A stretch of DNA of 64,000 nt from Acidobacteriota bacterium (GCA_026393675.1 JAPKZQ010000030.1:12575-76574), one strand, 5' to 3'. Counted from the first letter of the stretch, positions 43,667 through 53,928 are shown. Numbers and translations: made by a program. The notes: a model not told the origin generated them from the letters alone.

Positions 43667-45610
43667 TCACTCAGCGGCGATGCCGTTCAGGTCGCGAAAC
43701 AGCTTTTCGAACCGATCGAGCGCCGCGTCGAGATCGGGCAGCGCCAGGCGCAGCGTGGCCGTATTCTCGAACAGATAAGACGCCGGCGCGAAACTGTCGA
43801 ACTTCGGCGCCCACGGCGGCATGGAGGCGAAGAACCGCTCGACTTCGGCCACGAGCCGATGAGGCGCATCAGCCGGCGCGTCCCCCGGGAGCACGCCCGA
43901 TTCGCCGAGGTTGAAGGCCCCGGTCACCAGTTCGCGGAACAGGGGACGGCCGAGCATGTCTTCGATCTGCGCGTCGTCCTGATCCACATACAACGCCGGC
44001 CTCAGGATCCTTCCGAACTGGAGCACGCCGCGCTCCCACAGGCCCTCGAGCCGGCGCGGGTGGCTCATCAGGCCATCAGTCAGGACCACGATCTTCTGAG
44101 CCGCGTTGGCGAAGAGCGCGGCGAACGGCCCGATGCTGTCGAGTCCACCGATCGGCACCAGGCTCCACGCTGGATCGAGATGATCGCGCCCCTGCTGCTG
44201 CAACTCACGCGAGAACCACTTCAGGTACAGCACATCGCTGGCGCGGTCGAGCAGCAACGTCTGGGGACCCAACACCGCCCGCCGCGCCACGTCGTACGCC
44301 AGCGCCGCCCGGATCGGAAACGACGTGTCCTGGTCGTTGCTCAGGAACCGGTCGCCCACCTTCGTGCCCAGCACCTTGTCGTTGGCGCCCGCGTCTTCGG
44401 CGGTTCGCACGCCATCCAGGTGTTCGGGGTCAATCATGAACGGCGAGTGCGTCGTGTAGATCACCTGAAAGTGCGGCAGCAGCTGCTCGCGAATGAACCG
44501 CATCATGTCCATCTGCGCGCGGGCGTGCAGGCTGAGGCCCGGCTCGTCGAGCAGCACGATGTAGTCGGATTCGTGCTCGCGCCGGATGTGCGACAACCAC
44601 ACGAGGAAGGAAAAAAACCAGATGAACCCGCTGCTTCGCTCGTCAAAGCTGAGCGTCACGTTGTGCCGCTTGTTCCGGATGCGGGTCCGGAGGATGTAGC
44701 CGCTGTTGAACGGCGGGGGATCGTTTGGACGGGCGGCATCACACCGGAACTCGACGTCGAGCGACCGATCCTGGGTCCAGTAGTCGAGCACGTCGCGCGT
44801 GATGCGTTGCGACACCGACTCGAGTTCGGCGACCAGGTACTCGAACTGGTCGATCTCCTGCAGATCCTCAGCCGATGTATTCGCGAGTTCGAGCAGCGCC
44901 AGGAACACCGAATCGACCACCGTCAGCTGGTTGGCGGCTTTGTGGCGGAGCAGTTCGTCGACGGACACTTCCGCAGGCAGGCGATGGTAATCCGCAAAAT
45001 AGAGGAACTGCGGCAACCGCTTTTCGAGCACCAGTACGGCTTCATCGTGGACCGTCCCGTGCGGGAAGCGCTGCTGCGCCTCGGCCGCCAGCGCCGACTG
45101 GGCCGCCGTCGGGTGCTCGACGTCCTTGACGAGTCTGGTCAGCTCAGCGACCGTCGTCACCGACCACAGGCCCTGCAGTTCCGCCGCGTCGAGCTTGGCC
45201 GCCCGGATCAGGTTCGAGACGACTCGACGCTCGTCGACATCGATCTGCCACCGCAAGCGGTTGTCGTAGCCTTTCGACACGACCACCTTGTCGCTGGTGA
45301 GCGCGTCGGGCCCAAGCGCGGCCCCGAGCGCCTCGAGATCGCGATCCACGAGCTTCCAGGTGGTCGTCACGACTCGGTCTGGCGCCTTCTGGCGCTTTTG
45401 CCGGTAGGACGCCCACCGTCTTCGCGGGTACTCGACGTCTGAGAAATCCCCATCGATCGGCAGAATCGGGTTCACGCGGTACAAGGCCTTCAGCAGCGCC
45501 GTCTTGCCCGATTCGTTCTTGCCGACAATTCCGGTGAGTGGCCGAATCGTGAATTCGGTGGAGTCGTCGATGCACTTGAAGTTTTCGACGCGGACAGACT
45601 CGAGGATCAT
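43667..45610 (-). CDS. ABC/OLD-like P-loop ATPase with a helical insertion and a degenerate Toprim-like C-terminal region (647 aa). Candidate defence protein.
   Basis: ATG at 45610 (MILESVRVENFKCI). Walker A is GKNESGKT. A ~250-aa helical insert separates the ATPase head halves. Also present are FDERSSGFIWFFSFLVW, Walker B YIVLLDEPGLSLH and an H-loop YTTHSPF. The C-terminal segment carries LLLDRASDVLYLK...VPIGG...KIVVLTDG. Confidence 0.75.
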   Translation of the reverse strand: MILESVRVENFKCIDDSTEFTIRPLTGIVGKNESGKTALLKALYRVNPILPIDGDFSDVEYPRRRWASYRQKRQKAPDRVVTTTWKLVDRDLEALGAALGPDALTSDKVVVSKGYDNRLRWQIDVDERRVVSNLIRAAKLDAAELQGLWSVTTVAELTRLVKDVEHPTAAQSALAAEAQQRFPHGTVHDEAVLVLEKRLPQFLYFADYHRLPAEVSVDELLRHKAANQLTVVDSVFLALLELANTSAEDLQEIDQFEYLVAELESVSQRITRDVLDYWTQDRSLDVEFRCDAARPNDPPPFNSGYILRTRIRNKRHNVTLSFDERSSGFIWFFSFLVWLSHIRREHESDYIVLLDEPGLSLHARAQMDMMRFIREQLLPHFQVIYTTHSPFMIDPEHLDGVRTAEDAGANDKVLGTKVGDRFLSNDQDTSFPIRAALAYDVARRAVLGPQTLLLDRASDVLYLKWFSRELQQQGRDHLDPAWSLVPIGGLDSIGPFAALFANAAQKIVVLTDGLMSHPRRLEGLWERGVLQFGRILRPALYVDQDDAQIEDMLGRPLFRELVTGAFNLGESGVLPGDAPADAPHRLVAEVERFFASMPPWAPKFDSFAPASYLFENTATLRLALPDLDAALDRFEKLFRDLNGIAAE

Positions 45611-45938
45611 GTTCTGGTGGCACTCCCTGGCCGATGGAAGATGTAGTCTGACGGGCGCCAATTGTCAATTGCTAAGTCCTTCGATCCATGAATTCGGCAA
45701 CGAGTCTATTCACGTAGGACTTAGTGCTGAGCGAGCATAATTCACCGGATCGCCCCGCAAGAACACGAAACTGTCATGGCGAGTCGAAGCAATAACCGAA
45801 CGGCCCGTCGCCCGGCGGCCCCGTTGGTGTTCGGTTTTCGCCCGCGATCCCGTCCTTAAGGATAGTGGCAACGGCGACGCTCGGATTGGGCGAGGCGCCG
45901 GCGGCTGGCATAGAATAGGGGCTCTGTCTGGAGGGCTC

Positions 45939-46853
45939 ATGAGTAACCTGGTCAGGCGATCGCTGCTGCCGCTGTGTTTGTGTGCACTGGCGCTGGTGCA
46001 TACCGGCTGCTCGATCAAGATGATGGCGATCAACACGCTCGGAAACGCCCTGGCTGAAGGCAGTTCCGGCTTCGCCAAAGACGATGACCCCGAACTGGTT
46101 CGGGATGCCGTGCCGTTTGCCCTGAAGACGATCGAAAGCCTGATCGATCAGTCCCCGAAGCACAAGGGTCTGCTGACAGCCGCGTGCAGCGGCTTCACGC
46201 AGTACAGCTACGCGTTTATCCAGCAGGAGGCCGACTTCATCGAGGCGCAGGACCTCGAACGGGCCACTGCGATGCGCGCGCGCGCCAAGAAGTTGTACCT
46301 GCGCGGTCGCGACTACGGCATCCGGGCATTCGAGGTCGAGTTCCCCGGCTTCGGCGATCAACTCCGCAAGAATACGGATGGCGTGCTGGCCAAGCTGAGC
46401 AAGAAGCACGTGCCCCTGCTCTATTACACGGCGGCCGCCTGGGCGGCGGCCTTTGCCATTGATATTGCGGACTCGCGTCTCTCGGTCGAACAGACCTTGT
46501 TCGAAAAGATGATGCGGCGGGCCCTGGCGCTGGACGAAACCTACGACCTGGGGTCGCTGCACGACTTCTTCGTTTCGTGGGACGCCGGGCATGCCACCGC
46601 CGGGGGCTCGATCAAGAGCGCCCGCGAGCATTTCGAGCGCGCTAACACGCTCGCCCACGGCCAGCGCGTCTCACCGTTTGTGAGCCTGGCCGAATCGGTC
46701 TCGGTGAGCGAGCAGAACAAGAAGGAATTCGAGCAACTGCTGAACGAGGCGCTGGCGATCGACATCAGCCTGGCGCCGGAACAGAAACTGGTCAACGTTA
46801 TCGCCCAGCGGCGCGCGAAGTGGCTGCTGTCGAGGATCAACGAGCTTTTCTAG
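45939..46853 (+). CDS. TRAP transporter-associated TatT-family helical (TPR-like) lipoprotein
   Basis: A signal peptide with cysteine (LALVHTGCS) is present. It has an all-helical ~300 aa body and sits immediately upstream of the TRAP binding-protein and permease genes. Confidence 0.65.
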   Translation: MSNLVRRSLLPLCLCALALVHTGCSIKMMAINTLGNALAEGSSGFAKDDDPELVRDAVPFALKTIESLIDQSPKHKGLLTAACSGFTQYSYAFIQQEADFIEAQDLERATAMRARAKKLYLRGRDYGIRAFEVEFPGFGDQLRKNTDGVLAKLSKKHVPLLYYTAAAWAAAFAIDIADSRLSVEQTLFEKMMRRALALDETYDLGSLHDFFVSWDAGHATAGGSIKSAREHFERANTLAHGQRVSPFVSLAESVSVSEQNKKEFEQLLNEALAIDISLAPEQKLVNVIAQRRAKWLLSRINELF

Positions 46854-46865
46854 AGAGACTGGATC

Positions 46866-47927
46866 ATGACCGCATACACAGACAGACGTCTTCATCGATT
46901 CGTGTCGGCCGCCCTCGCCGGCGTGCTGATGGTGGCCGTGCTCGGGCTAGCTCCGGCGACGGCCTCGGCCCAGACCATCACGATCAAGATGGCCACGCTG
47001 GTCCCGGAAAACTCGTCGTGGTTCCTGGTGCTCAAGGAAGTCGCCGACAAGTGGGGCAAGATCTCGGGCGGCAAGGTCAAGATCATCCTCTACCCGGGCG
47101 GTCGCAGGGGCGACGACCCGGACTACGTCCGCGACATGCGGCTGGGAGGATTGCAGGGCGCGGTCCTGACGTCGGTAGGCCTGGCCGAGATCGATCGGAG
47201 CATCTACGCGCTGAGCATCCCGATGGCGTTCGACACGTACGAGGAAGTCTACGCCGTGCTCGAGAAGATGCGCCCGCGCATCGAGGCGTCGCTCGAAGCC
47301 AAGGGCTTCGTGGTGGTCAACTGGGCGGACGGGGGCTGGGTCCACTACTTCACGAAGTCCCCGGTGGCGACCCCGGACGACCTCAAGAAGTTGAAGCTCT
47401 TCAGCTGGGCCGGTGATCCGAAGTCGATCGAGATCTGGAAGTCGCTCGGGTTCAACCCGAGGCCGGCTCCCTTGACCGAATTGATCACAGGTTTGCAGAC
47501 AGGCCTGTTCGAGGCATTCGGCGCCCCGCCGCAGGTATGCGCCATCGCCCGCTACTACGAGAAGGCCAAGTACATGACCGACATGAATTGGGCGTTGATG
47601 CTGGGCGCCACGGTCATCGACAAGGGCACGTGGGCCCAGATTCCGGCCGATATGAAGCCGGCGCTCCTGAATGCGGCGCGCGATGCCGGCGCCAAGCTCC
47701 AGGCCGAAATCCGCAGGAGCGGCGAGTCGGACGTGAAGGCCATGCAGTCTGCCGGGCTGAAGGTCGTGCCGGTAGACGCGAAGACCAAGGACCTCTGGCG
47801 GAAGATGGTCGAGAGCATCTACCCGAAGCTCCGCGGCGACTACGTGCCAGCCGATATGTTTGACGAATCGCTCAGGTTCCTTGCCGAGTACCGGAAGGCG
47901 CACCCGCCCAAGCCGGCCGGGAAGTAG
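46866..47927 (+). CDS. TRAP transporter substrate-binding protein (DctP family)
   Basis: It has a signal peptide (LAPATASAQ) and a DctP-like length and pattern (KMATLVPENSSW...). It is adjacent to the fused DctQM permease. Confidence 0.8.
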   Translation: MTAYTDRRLHRFVSAALAGVLMVAVLGLAPATASAQTITIKMATLVPENSSWFLVLKEVADKWGKISGGKVKIILYPGGRRGDDPDYVRDMRLGGLQGAVLTSVGLAEIDRSIYALSIPMAFDTYEEVYAVLEKMRPRIEASLEAKGFVVVNWADGGWVHYFTKSPVATPDDLKKLKLFSWAGDPKSIEIWKSLGFNPRPAPLTELITGLQTGLFEAFGAPPQVCAIARYYEKAKYMTDMNWALMLGATVIDKGTWAQIPADMKPALLNAARDAGAKLQAEIRRSGESDVKAMQSAGLKVVPVDAKTKDLWRKMVESIYPKLRGDYVPADMFDESLRFLAEYRKAHPPKPAGK

Positions 47928-47929
47928 GT

Positions 47930-49750
47930 ATGGTGACCGGCGTCCTCAAGCGAACCGAACAGGGCGTCCTGGTGGCGGCCCTGGGTCTGGCCTGCGTCCT
48001 GCCGCTGATTGATATCATCGGCCGGCCACTGGGAGGATTCCACATCATCGGCAAGGACGAGTACGTCTCCCACCTCACGCTGTGGCTGGCGTTTGTGGGC
48101 GGCCTGGCCGCCACCACCCAGAACAAGCACCTGACGCTTTCCACCTCGGAGTTCTTCGAGGAGGGACTGGCGCGCAAGCTGTCGCGGTTGTTTGCTTTCT
48201 CGGTGGCGGCCGCCGTGGTCGGCATCCTCGCTTTCTCCAGTTGGCAGGTGGTCCAGTCAACCCGCGGGGCGGTAGACAGTGTGCTGCCCATCGGGCTGCC
48301 CGCGTGGATGAGCCTGATGGTGATGCCGATCGCGCTCGCGCTGGGCGCGCTGGTGTTCGCGTGGAAGGCGTCAGATCAATGGTGGGGCCGGGCGATTGCG
48401 TTCATCGCGATTCCAGCGGCCTTTTCGATCGGCCTGCTGCCGCCAGGGGCGGCCGTCTATGTGTGGCCGCTGGCGCTCGTGATCGTGCTGGCGGCGCTTC
48501 TCGGAGCGCCCGTGTTCGTGGCGATGGGCGGGATCGCGCTGGTCTTCTTCTTCCGGGACGGCGTGCCGGTGAACCAGGTGACCTCCCGGGTGTACCAGCT
48601 GATCTCGTCGCCGACACTTCCGGCTATCCCTCTTCTGACGGCCGCGGGATACGTTCTCGCTGAGAGCGCGGCCGCCGAACGGCTTGTCCGGTTCTTCCGC
48701 GCCATCTTCGGATGGATGCCTGGCGGCGTGGCCGTGATGGTGGCTGTCGTCTGTGCGCTTTTCACGAGCTTCACCGGCGGCTCCGGCGTCACTATCATCG
48801 CGCTCGGCGGCCTGGTCTACCCCATCCTTCGAAAGGACGGCTATTCCGAGGGGTTCTCGCTCGGCCTGGTCACTGCCTCGGGCTCTCTTGGCCTGCTGTT
48901 TCCGCCGAGCCTCCCCGTCATCCTCTACAGCGTGGTGGCGAGTTCGAGCGAACAGCAGGTGCCCGCCCAAGATCTGTATCTGGCGGGCTTGCTCCCGGGG
49001 TTGCTGCTCGTCGTGATCACCGCCGCGTACGGGATTCTGATTGGACGCCGCGTCAGCAAAGAGCGGCAGCGGTTCTCTGTGCGCGAGGTGGCCGCGTCCG
49101 GCTGGCACGCGAAGTGGGAACTGGGGCTGCCGGTCGTGATCATCGCGCTCTTCGTGAGCGGCGTTGCGACGATGCTCGAAACGGCGGCGGCGGCACTCTT
49201 TTACGCGGTTGTGGTCGAGTGCTTCGTGACGCGCGACATCCACATCTTTAAGGCGCTTCCGGAGGTACTGCTCAAGGCGGCTGGACTGATGGGGGCTGTG
49301 CTGATCCTGCTCAGCATCGCGATGGGGCTCACCGGCTACCTGGTGGATGCCCAGATCCCCGACATGCTGCTCGGATGGGTCAAACAGAACATTCACACGC
49401 AGGTGGTGTTCCTGCTGGCGCTCAATGTGCTGCTGCTCGTGCTTGGCAGCGTGCTCGAGATCTACTCGGCGATCATCATCCTGGCGCCGATCATCGCACC
49501 GATGGGCAAACATTTCGGCGTTGACCCGCTGCACATGGGCGTCATCTTCCTGGCCAACCTGGAACTGGGATTCCTGTTCCCGCCGGTCGGCCTGAACCTG
49601 TTCCTGTCGTCCTCACGGTTCAACAAACCGCTGACCAGCCTGTACCGGCATGTGTTGCCGTTCCTCATCATCACCGGCATCGGGGTGCTGCTCATCACGT
49701 ACACCGACTCGATGTCGCTAGGGGTGCTCAGGTTGCTCGGCAAACGTTAG
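47930..49750 (+). CDS. TRAP transporter fused small/large permease (DctQ-DctM)
   Basis: It is a 606-aa polytopic membrane protein. An N-terminal ~150 aa DctQ-like part is followed by a DctM-like body. It starts 3 nt after the binding-protein stop. Confidence 0.85.
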   Translation: MVTGVLKRTEQGVLVAALGLACVLPLIDIIGRPLGGFHIIGKDEYVSHLTLWLAFVGGLAATTQNKHLTLSTSEFFEEGLARKLSRLFAFSVAAAVVGILAFSSWQVVQSTRGAVDSVLPIGLPAWMSLMVMPIALALGALVFAWKASDQWWGRAIAFIAIPAAFSIGLLPPGAAVYVWPLALVIVLAALLGAPVFVAMGGIALVFFFRDGVPVNQVTSRVYQLISSPTLPAIPLLTAAGYVLAESAAAERLVRFFRAIFGWMPGGVAVMVAVVCALFTSFTGGSGVTIIALGGLVYPILRKDGYSEGFSLGLVTASGSLGLLFPPSLPVILYSVVASSSEQQVPAQDLYLAGLLPGLLLVVITAAYGILIGRRVSKERQRFSVREVAASGWHAKWELGLPVVIIALFVSGVATMLETAAAALFYAVVVECFVTRDIHIFKALPEVLLKAAGLMGAVLILLSIAMGLTGYLVDAQIPDMLLGWVKQNIHTQVVFLLALNVLLLVLGSVLEIYSAIIILAPIIAPMGKHFGVDPLHMGVIFLANLELGFLFPPVGLNLFLSSSRFNKPLTSLYRHVLPFLIITGIGVLLITYTDSMSLGVLRLLGKR

Positions 49751-49760
49751 GATATCCCGC

Positions 49761-52352
49761 ATGCGGTCCCGACACTTTCTCGCGCTCGCCCTCGTATGTG
49801 TCGTTCTTGTCGTCTCGGGCGTCGTGTCGGTGGCCCAGAAGGGACCGGCCCCGCCCGTCTGGCCGGGTAACCTCGGCAAGGGCGTGACGCTGCTCCCCAA
49901 CGGCTGGAAGATCGCGCCGGCGGGAAAACACCTGTCAGTGGGCGACCTTCCGCTCGCCATGGTGGAATCGCCGGACGGCAACTACCTGGTCATCACCAAC
50001 AACGGGTACGCCAAGCCCACGCTCACGGTTGTCGATCTCAAACACGGCTACGTGAGTTCGAAGACCACGTTGGAGCACGCCTGGCTGGGACTGGCCTGGC
50101 ATCCGGACAATCGGCGCGTCTTCTCGTCGGCGGCTGGCCAGACAGCGGTCAGCGAACTGTACTGGACGCCCGGCAAGCTCACGCTCGGGTCGCTCTTCGC
50201 GCTCGGGCGCGACACCCAGCGCCCGCAGCCCGGGATCAACCGGCCCGAGCCGGTCGAACAGAGTTTCGTGGGCGGCATCGCGATCGCCCCGGATGGTCGC
50301 AACCTGTATGCGGTACACGTGCTCGGCGAAGCGCTGACGATGCTCGACCTGAAGGCCGGGCTGGTTCGACGCACCGTTGACGTCGGCGCCGAACCCTATA
50401 CCTGTGTCATCTCTGCCGATGGTAAGTCCGTGTACGTGTCGGTCTGGGGCGGCGCGAAGGTGCTCGTCTTTGACGCGGCGACGCTCGAAAAGCGCGGTGA
50501 GATCGCCGTCGGTGAGCATCCCAACGCGATGGTGTTCTCGAAAGATGGCCAGCGGCTCTTCGTCGCGTGCGCCAACACGAACGCCGTCTGGGTGATCGAC
50601 GTCGCGTCGAAGACCGTCAAGGAACAGGTATCGGTTGCCCTGTTCCCGGATGCGCCTCCCGGAGCCACGCCCAATGGTCTCGGCTTGTCGCCCGACGGCA
50701 ATCGCCTGCTCGTCGCCAACGCCGACAACAACGCCGTCGCCGTCATCAACACGAGCGATCCTCAGCGCAGCGCGGTGGAGGGGTTCATCCCGACGGGTTG
50801 GTATCCGACCGCCGCCATGTTCAGCAAGGACGGCGCTCGAATCTACATCCTGAGCGGCAAGGGCCTCGCCTCGCTCGCCAATCCGCGCGGCAGCCATCCC
50901 GGCGTGCCGGGGTTCGGCGACGGCCAGTACAGCGGCGCCATGCTGCAGGGTTCGTTGTCCATCGTGCCGGTTCCGGATCAGGCGAGGCTTCAGGCCATGA
51001 CGAAGAGCGTCTACAGCTTGACGCCATTCACCAGTGCATCGATCCTGGCTCCCACGTCCGCCCCGGCCGCGTCACCAATTCCGAAAAGAGTCGGCGATGC
51101 CTCTCCCATCAAGCATGTCTTCTACATCATCCGGGAGAACCGCACCTACGACCAGATCCTGGGAGACCTCGAGCGCGGCAACGGCGACCCGAACCTCGCG
51201 CTTTTCGGCGAAGACGTGACCCCCAACGCCCACGCGCTGGCACGCGAGTTCGTCGTACTCGACAACTTCTACGTGGATGCGCAGGTCAGCTACGACGGGC
51301 ATGCCTTTTCGACCGGCGCCTATGCCACCGACTTCGTCAACAAGATCTGGCCGACCAACTACGGCGGCCGCGGCGCACGGTACCTGAGCGAAGGCGGCGG
51401 CAAGATGCGCAACGCCTTTGGCAACGTGACGGCACCGCTCAACGGCTACATCTGGGATGCCGTCAAGCGCAAGGGACTGAGCGTTCGAAGCTACGGGGAG
51501 TTCGTTGAACGCGGCGCCGAACCGGAACTGGAGCACGACACCGGAAAAGGCAACGTGACGGCCACCGTGCCCGGACTCAAGGGACTGGTTCATCCGAACT
51601 ACCCGCCCTACGACCTGAGCATCCCGGACAACAAGCGCGTGGACATCTGGATCGAGGAATTCACGCGGTTCGACAAGAGCGGCACGCTGCCCAGCCTCAG
51701 CATCATCCGATTGGGCAATGATCACACGGCCGGCACCCGCACGGGCTACCCGACCCCCCGCGCCATGGTCGCGGAAAACGACGTGGCCCTTGGCCGGATC
51801 GTCGACGCGATCACCAACAGCTCGTCCTGGAAGGACTCGGCCATCTTTGTGCTCGAGGACGATGCGCAGGCCGGGCCCGATCACGTCGATATGCACCGGT
51901 CCATCGCGCTCGTCATCAGCCCGTTCACCAGGCGGATGGTCGTCGACAGCACGCTCTACACGACGTCGGGGATGCTGCGCACCATCGAGCTCATCCTCGG
52001 CGCGCCTCCGATGAGCAACTACGACGCGGCCGCCACGCCGATGTACAACGCGTTTCAGACGATGCCCGTCCTGACGCCGTACAAAGCGAGGCCGGCGCGC
52101 ATCGACATCCAGGAAAAGAACGCCGTCAATGCGTGGGGGGCGGCGGCGTCGGCGCGGATGTATCTGGCGGAAGCCGACCTGGCCCCTGAACAGGAACTGA
52201 ACGAGATCATCTGGCGGTCCGTCAAGGGCCCCACCAGTGTGATGCCTCCTCCGGTTCGTGCGGCCTTCATCCGCGCCCTGCCAGCGGCGGCGGGGAACGA
52301 TACTGATGACGACGATCGGCCGGCGCCGCCAAAGGGCCGACAGGATCGGTAG
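49761..52352 (+). CDS. Bifunctional-type secreted protein: YncE/YVTN beta-propeller N-terminal half plus a phosphoesterase (PLC/AcpA) family C-terminal half
   Basis: It has a signal peptide and repeated propeller blades (SPDGNYLV, APDGRNLYAV, SADGKSVYVS, SKDGQRLFVA, SPDGNRLLVA, SKDGARIYIL). The phosphoesterase signature IKHVFYIIRENRTYDQILGDL is present. Confidence 0.82.
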   Translation: MRSRHFLALALVCVVLVVSGVVSVAQKGPAPPVWPGNLGKGVTLLPNGWKIAPAGKHLSVGDLPLAMVESPDGNYLVITNNGYAKPTLTVVDLKHGYVSSKTTLEHAWLGLAWHPDNRRVFSSAAGQTAVSELYWTPGKLTLGSLFALGRDTQRPQPGINRPEPVEQSFVGGIAIAPDGRNLYAVHVLGEALTMLDLKAGLVRRTVDVGAEPYTCVISADGKSVYVSVWGGAKVLVFDAATLEKRGEIAVGEHPNAMVFSKDGQRLFVACANTNAVWVIDVASKTVKEQVSVALFPDAPPGATPNGLGLSPDGNRLLVANADNNAVAVINTSDPQRSAVEGFIPTGWYPTAAMFSKDGARIYILSGKGLASLANPRGSHPGVPGFGDGQYSGAMLQGSLSIVPVPDQARLQAMTKSVYSLTPFTSASILAPTSAPAASPIPKRVGDASPIKHVFYIIRENRTYDQILGDLERGNGDPNLALFGEDVTPNAHALAREFVVLDNFYVDAQVSYDGHAFSTGAYATDFVNKIWPTNYGGRGARYLSEGGGKMRNAFGNVTAPLNGYIWDAVKRKGLSVRSYGEFVERGAEPELEHDTGKGNVTATVPGLKGLVHPNYPPYDLSIPDNKRVDIWIEEFTRFDKSGTLPSLSIIRLGNDHTAGTRTGYPTPRAMVAENDVALGRIVDAITNSSSWKDSAIFVLEDDAQAGPDHVDMHRSIALVISPFTRRMVVDSTLYTTSGMLRTIELILGAPPMSNYDAAATPMYNAFQTMPVLTPYKARPARIDIQEKNAVNAWGAAASARMYLAEADLAPEQELNEIIWRSVKGPTSVMPPPVRAAFIRALPAAAGNDTDDDDRPAPPKGRQDR

Positions 52353-52424
52353 CGGGTCTTCGGCTCGCACCCAAGCAACTCGACCGGGCTCGACACGACT
52401 GGACGGGACGGGGGGACGACACGC

Positions 52425-53651
52425 GTGGTTAGGTTTATCGCCCGGCAACCCATCTTCGACAGGAAGCTCGGCGTCGTCGCGTACGAACTCCTCTTCCGTT
52501 CGGACCTTGACAACTACTGCAAGGGCATCGATGCCGATGCGATGAGTTCGTCGGTCATCAACGACAGTATGCTGCTCTTCGACATCGATCAACTGACGGA
52601 TGGGCGGGGCGCTTTCATCAACGTGGGTCGTAAGGCGCTGCTTCAGGGATACGCTTCGCTGTTGCCCGCGCGCCTGGTCACCGTGGAGATTCTCGAAACC
52701 GTTGAGCCGGACGACGCCGTCATCGACGCATGCCAGAAGCTGAAGAAGGATGGCTATCGGATCGCTCTTGACGATTTTGTCGACCGGCCGGAGATGGATC
52801 GACTTGTCGCTCTGGCTGATTGCCTGAAAATCGATGTCCTGACGACCCCGCCAGCCAACCTGAAGGGGCTTGTCGCGCGCAGACGCCGGCCCGGCCTTCG
52901 GCTGCTGGCCGAAAAGGTCGAGACGCACGAGGTGTTCCGGCAGACAGCGGCGCTGGGATTCGAACTGTTCCAGGGGTTCTTCTTCGAGAAACCGGTTGTC
53001 TTGTCCAGGAAGGATGTGCCCGGGTTCAAGCTGAACTACCTGCGGTTACTGAAAGAGATGAACGATGGGTCGTTCAATCTCGACCGGATTGAACACATCA
53101 CCAAACAGGACGTCTCGATTTCGTACAAACTCCTCCGCTACATCAACTCCGCCGGATTCGGCTTGCGGAACAGGGTCTCGTCGATCCGCGAGGCTCTGTT
53201 CCTGCTGGGAGAGGACAACATCCGGAAGCTGGTGACGTTGTGGGCCCTGGCCGGACTTGGCCAGGAGGGACCGTCCGAACTTATCGTCACGTCAGTGACT
53301 CGGGCACGGCTCTGCGAAGCGCTGGCGCCTGCGACTGAGGGCGACGCACGCAGGTCGGAGGCCTATCTGCTTGGCGTGTTCTCGCTCATTGATGTGGTGG
53401 TCGGTCAGCCGATGTCGACGGTGGTTGGCCAGTTACCCATTTCCGATGATGTCCGCGCCGGGCTGGTCGAGCACTCGGGGCGTCTGCGGCCTATTCTGGA
53501 CTGCGTCGAGGCGTACGAACGGGGAGACTGGGCAGGGTTTTCCGCGCGCGCCCAGGAACTCGGCATCGACGAGGCTGCGTTCCCGGATCTGTACAACGCG
53601 GCACTGGCAGGCACCTCTGAGTTGATTGGCCAACCGCGGCCAAGGGCATAG
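52425..53651 (+). CDS. EAL plus HDOD domain signalling protein
   Basis: The N-terminus FIARQPIFDRKLGVVAYELLFRS (EAL family), the segment ALDDF and the C-terminal HDOD-like region (ISYKLLRYINSAGFGL) are present. GTG start. Confidence 0.82.
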   Translation: MVRFIARQPIFDRKLGVVAYELLFRSDLDNYCKGIDADAMSSSVINDSMLLFDIDQLTDGRGAFINVGRKALLQGYASLLPARLVTVEILETVEPDDAVIDACQKLKKDGYRIALDDFVDRPEMDRLVALADCLKIDVLTTPPANLKGLVARRRRPGLRLLAEKVETHEVFRQTAALGFELFQGFFFEKPVVLSRKDVPGFKLNYLRLLKEMNDGSFNLDRIEHITKQDVSISYKLLRYINSAGFGLRNRVSSIREALFLLGEDNIRKLVTLWALAGLGQEGPSELIVTSVTRARLCEALAPATEGDARRSEAYLLGVFSLIDVVVGQPMSTVVGQLPISDDVRAGLVEHSGRLRPILDCVEAYERGDWAGFSARAQELGIDEAAFPDLYNAALAGTSELIGQPRPRA

Positions 53652-53928
53652 CCTGAAGACTGAATTCGGAGCACGGGCAGGCGGGTCCGTACAAAAAAGT
53701 AGCCCACCGTCTGATTCCCCAACGCTGACGGGCCCCCATCCGTCAACGTCAAAGCCCAGGCGGTGGGCTGGCGACTTATTATTACGCAATCGGAATGCCA
53801 GCGGCCAGAACCTCCCAAGCCGTGTTTTCTGGCCTGATTCAGAGCGCCCGTCCCACTGACCCTCTACCGGCCGTGCGGAATTCCGGCGACCGTCGGATCG
53901 ACTGCCGAACAACCGACAGTTCGTTCTG

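Noticed and set aside
45672-45724. A 9-bp inverted repeat (ctaagtcct/aggacttag) in the AT-richer region upstream of the OLD-like ATPase gene, considered as an operator.
   Set aside because: It is short and has a 35-nt spacer, so it could arise by chance. I mention it only as context for the ATPase finding.
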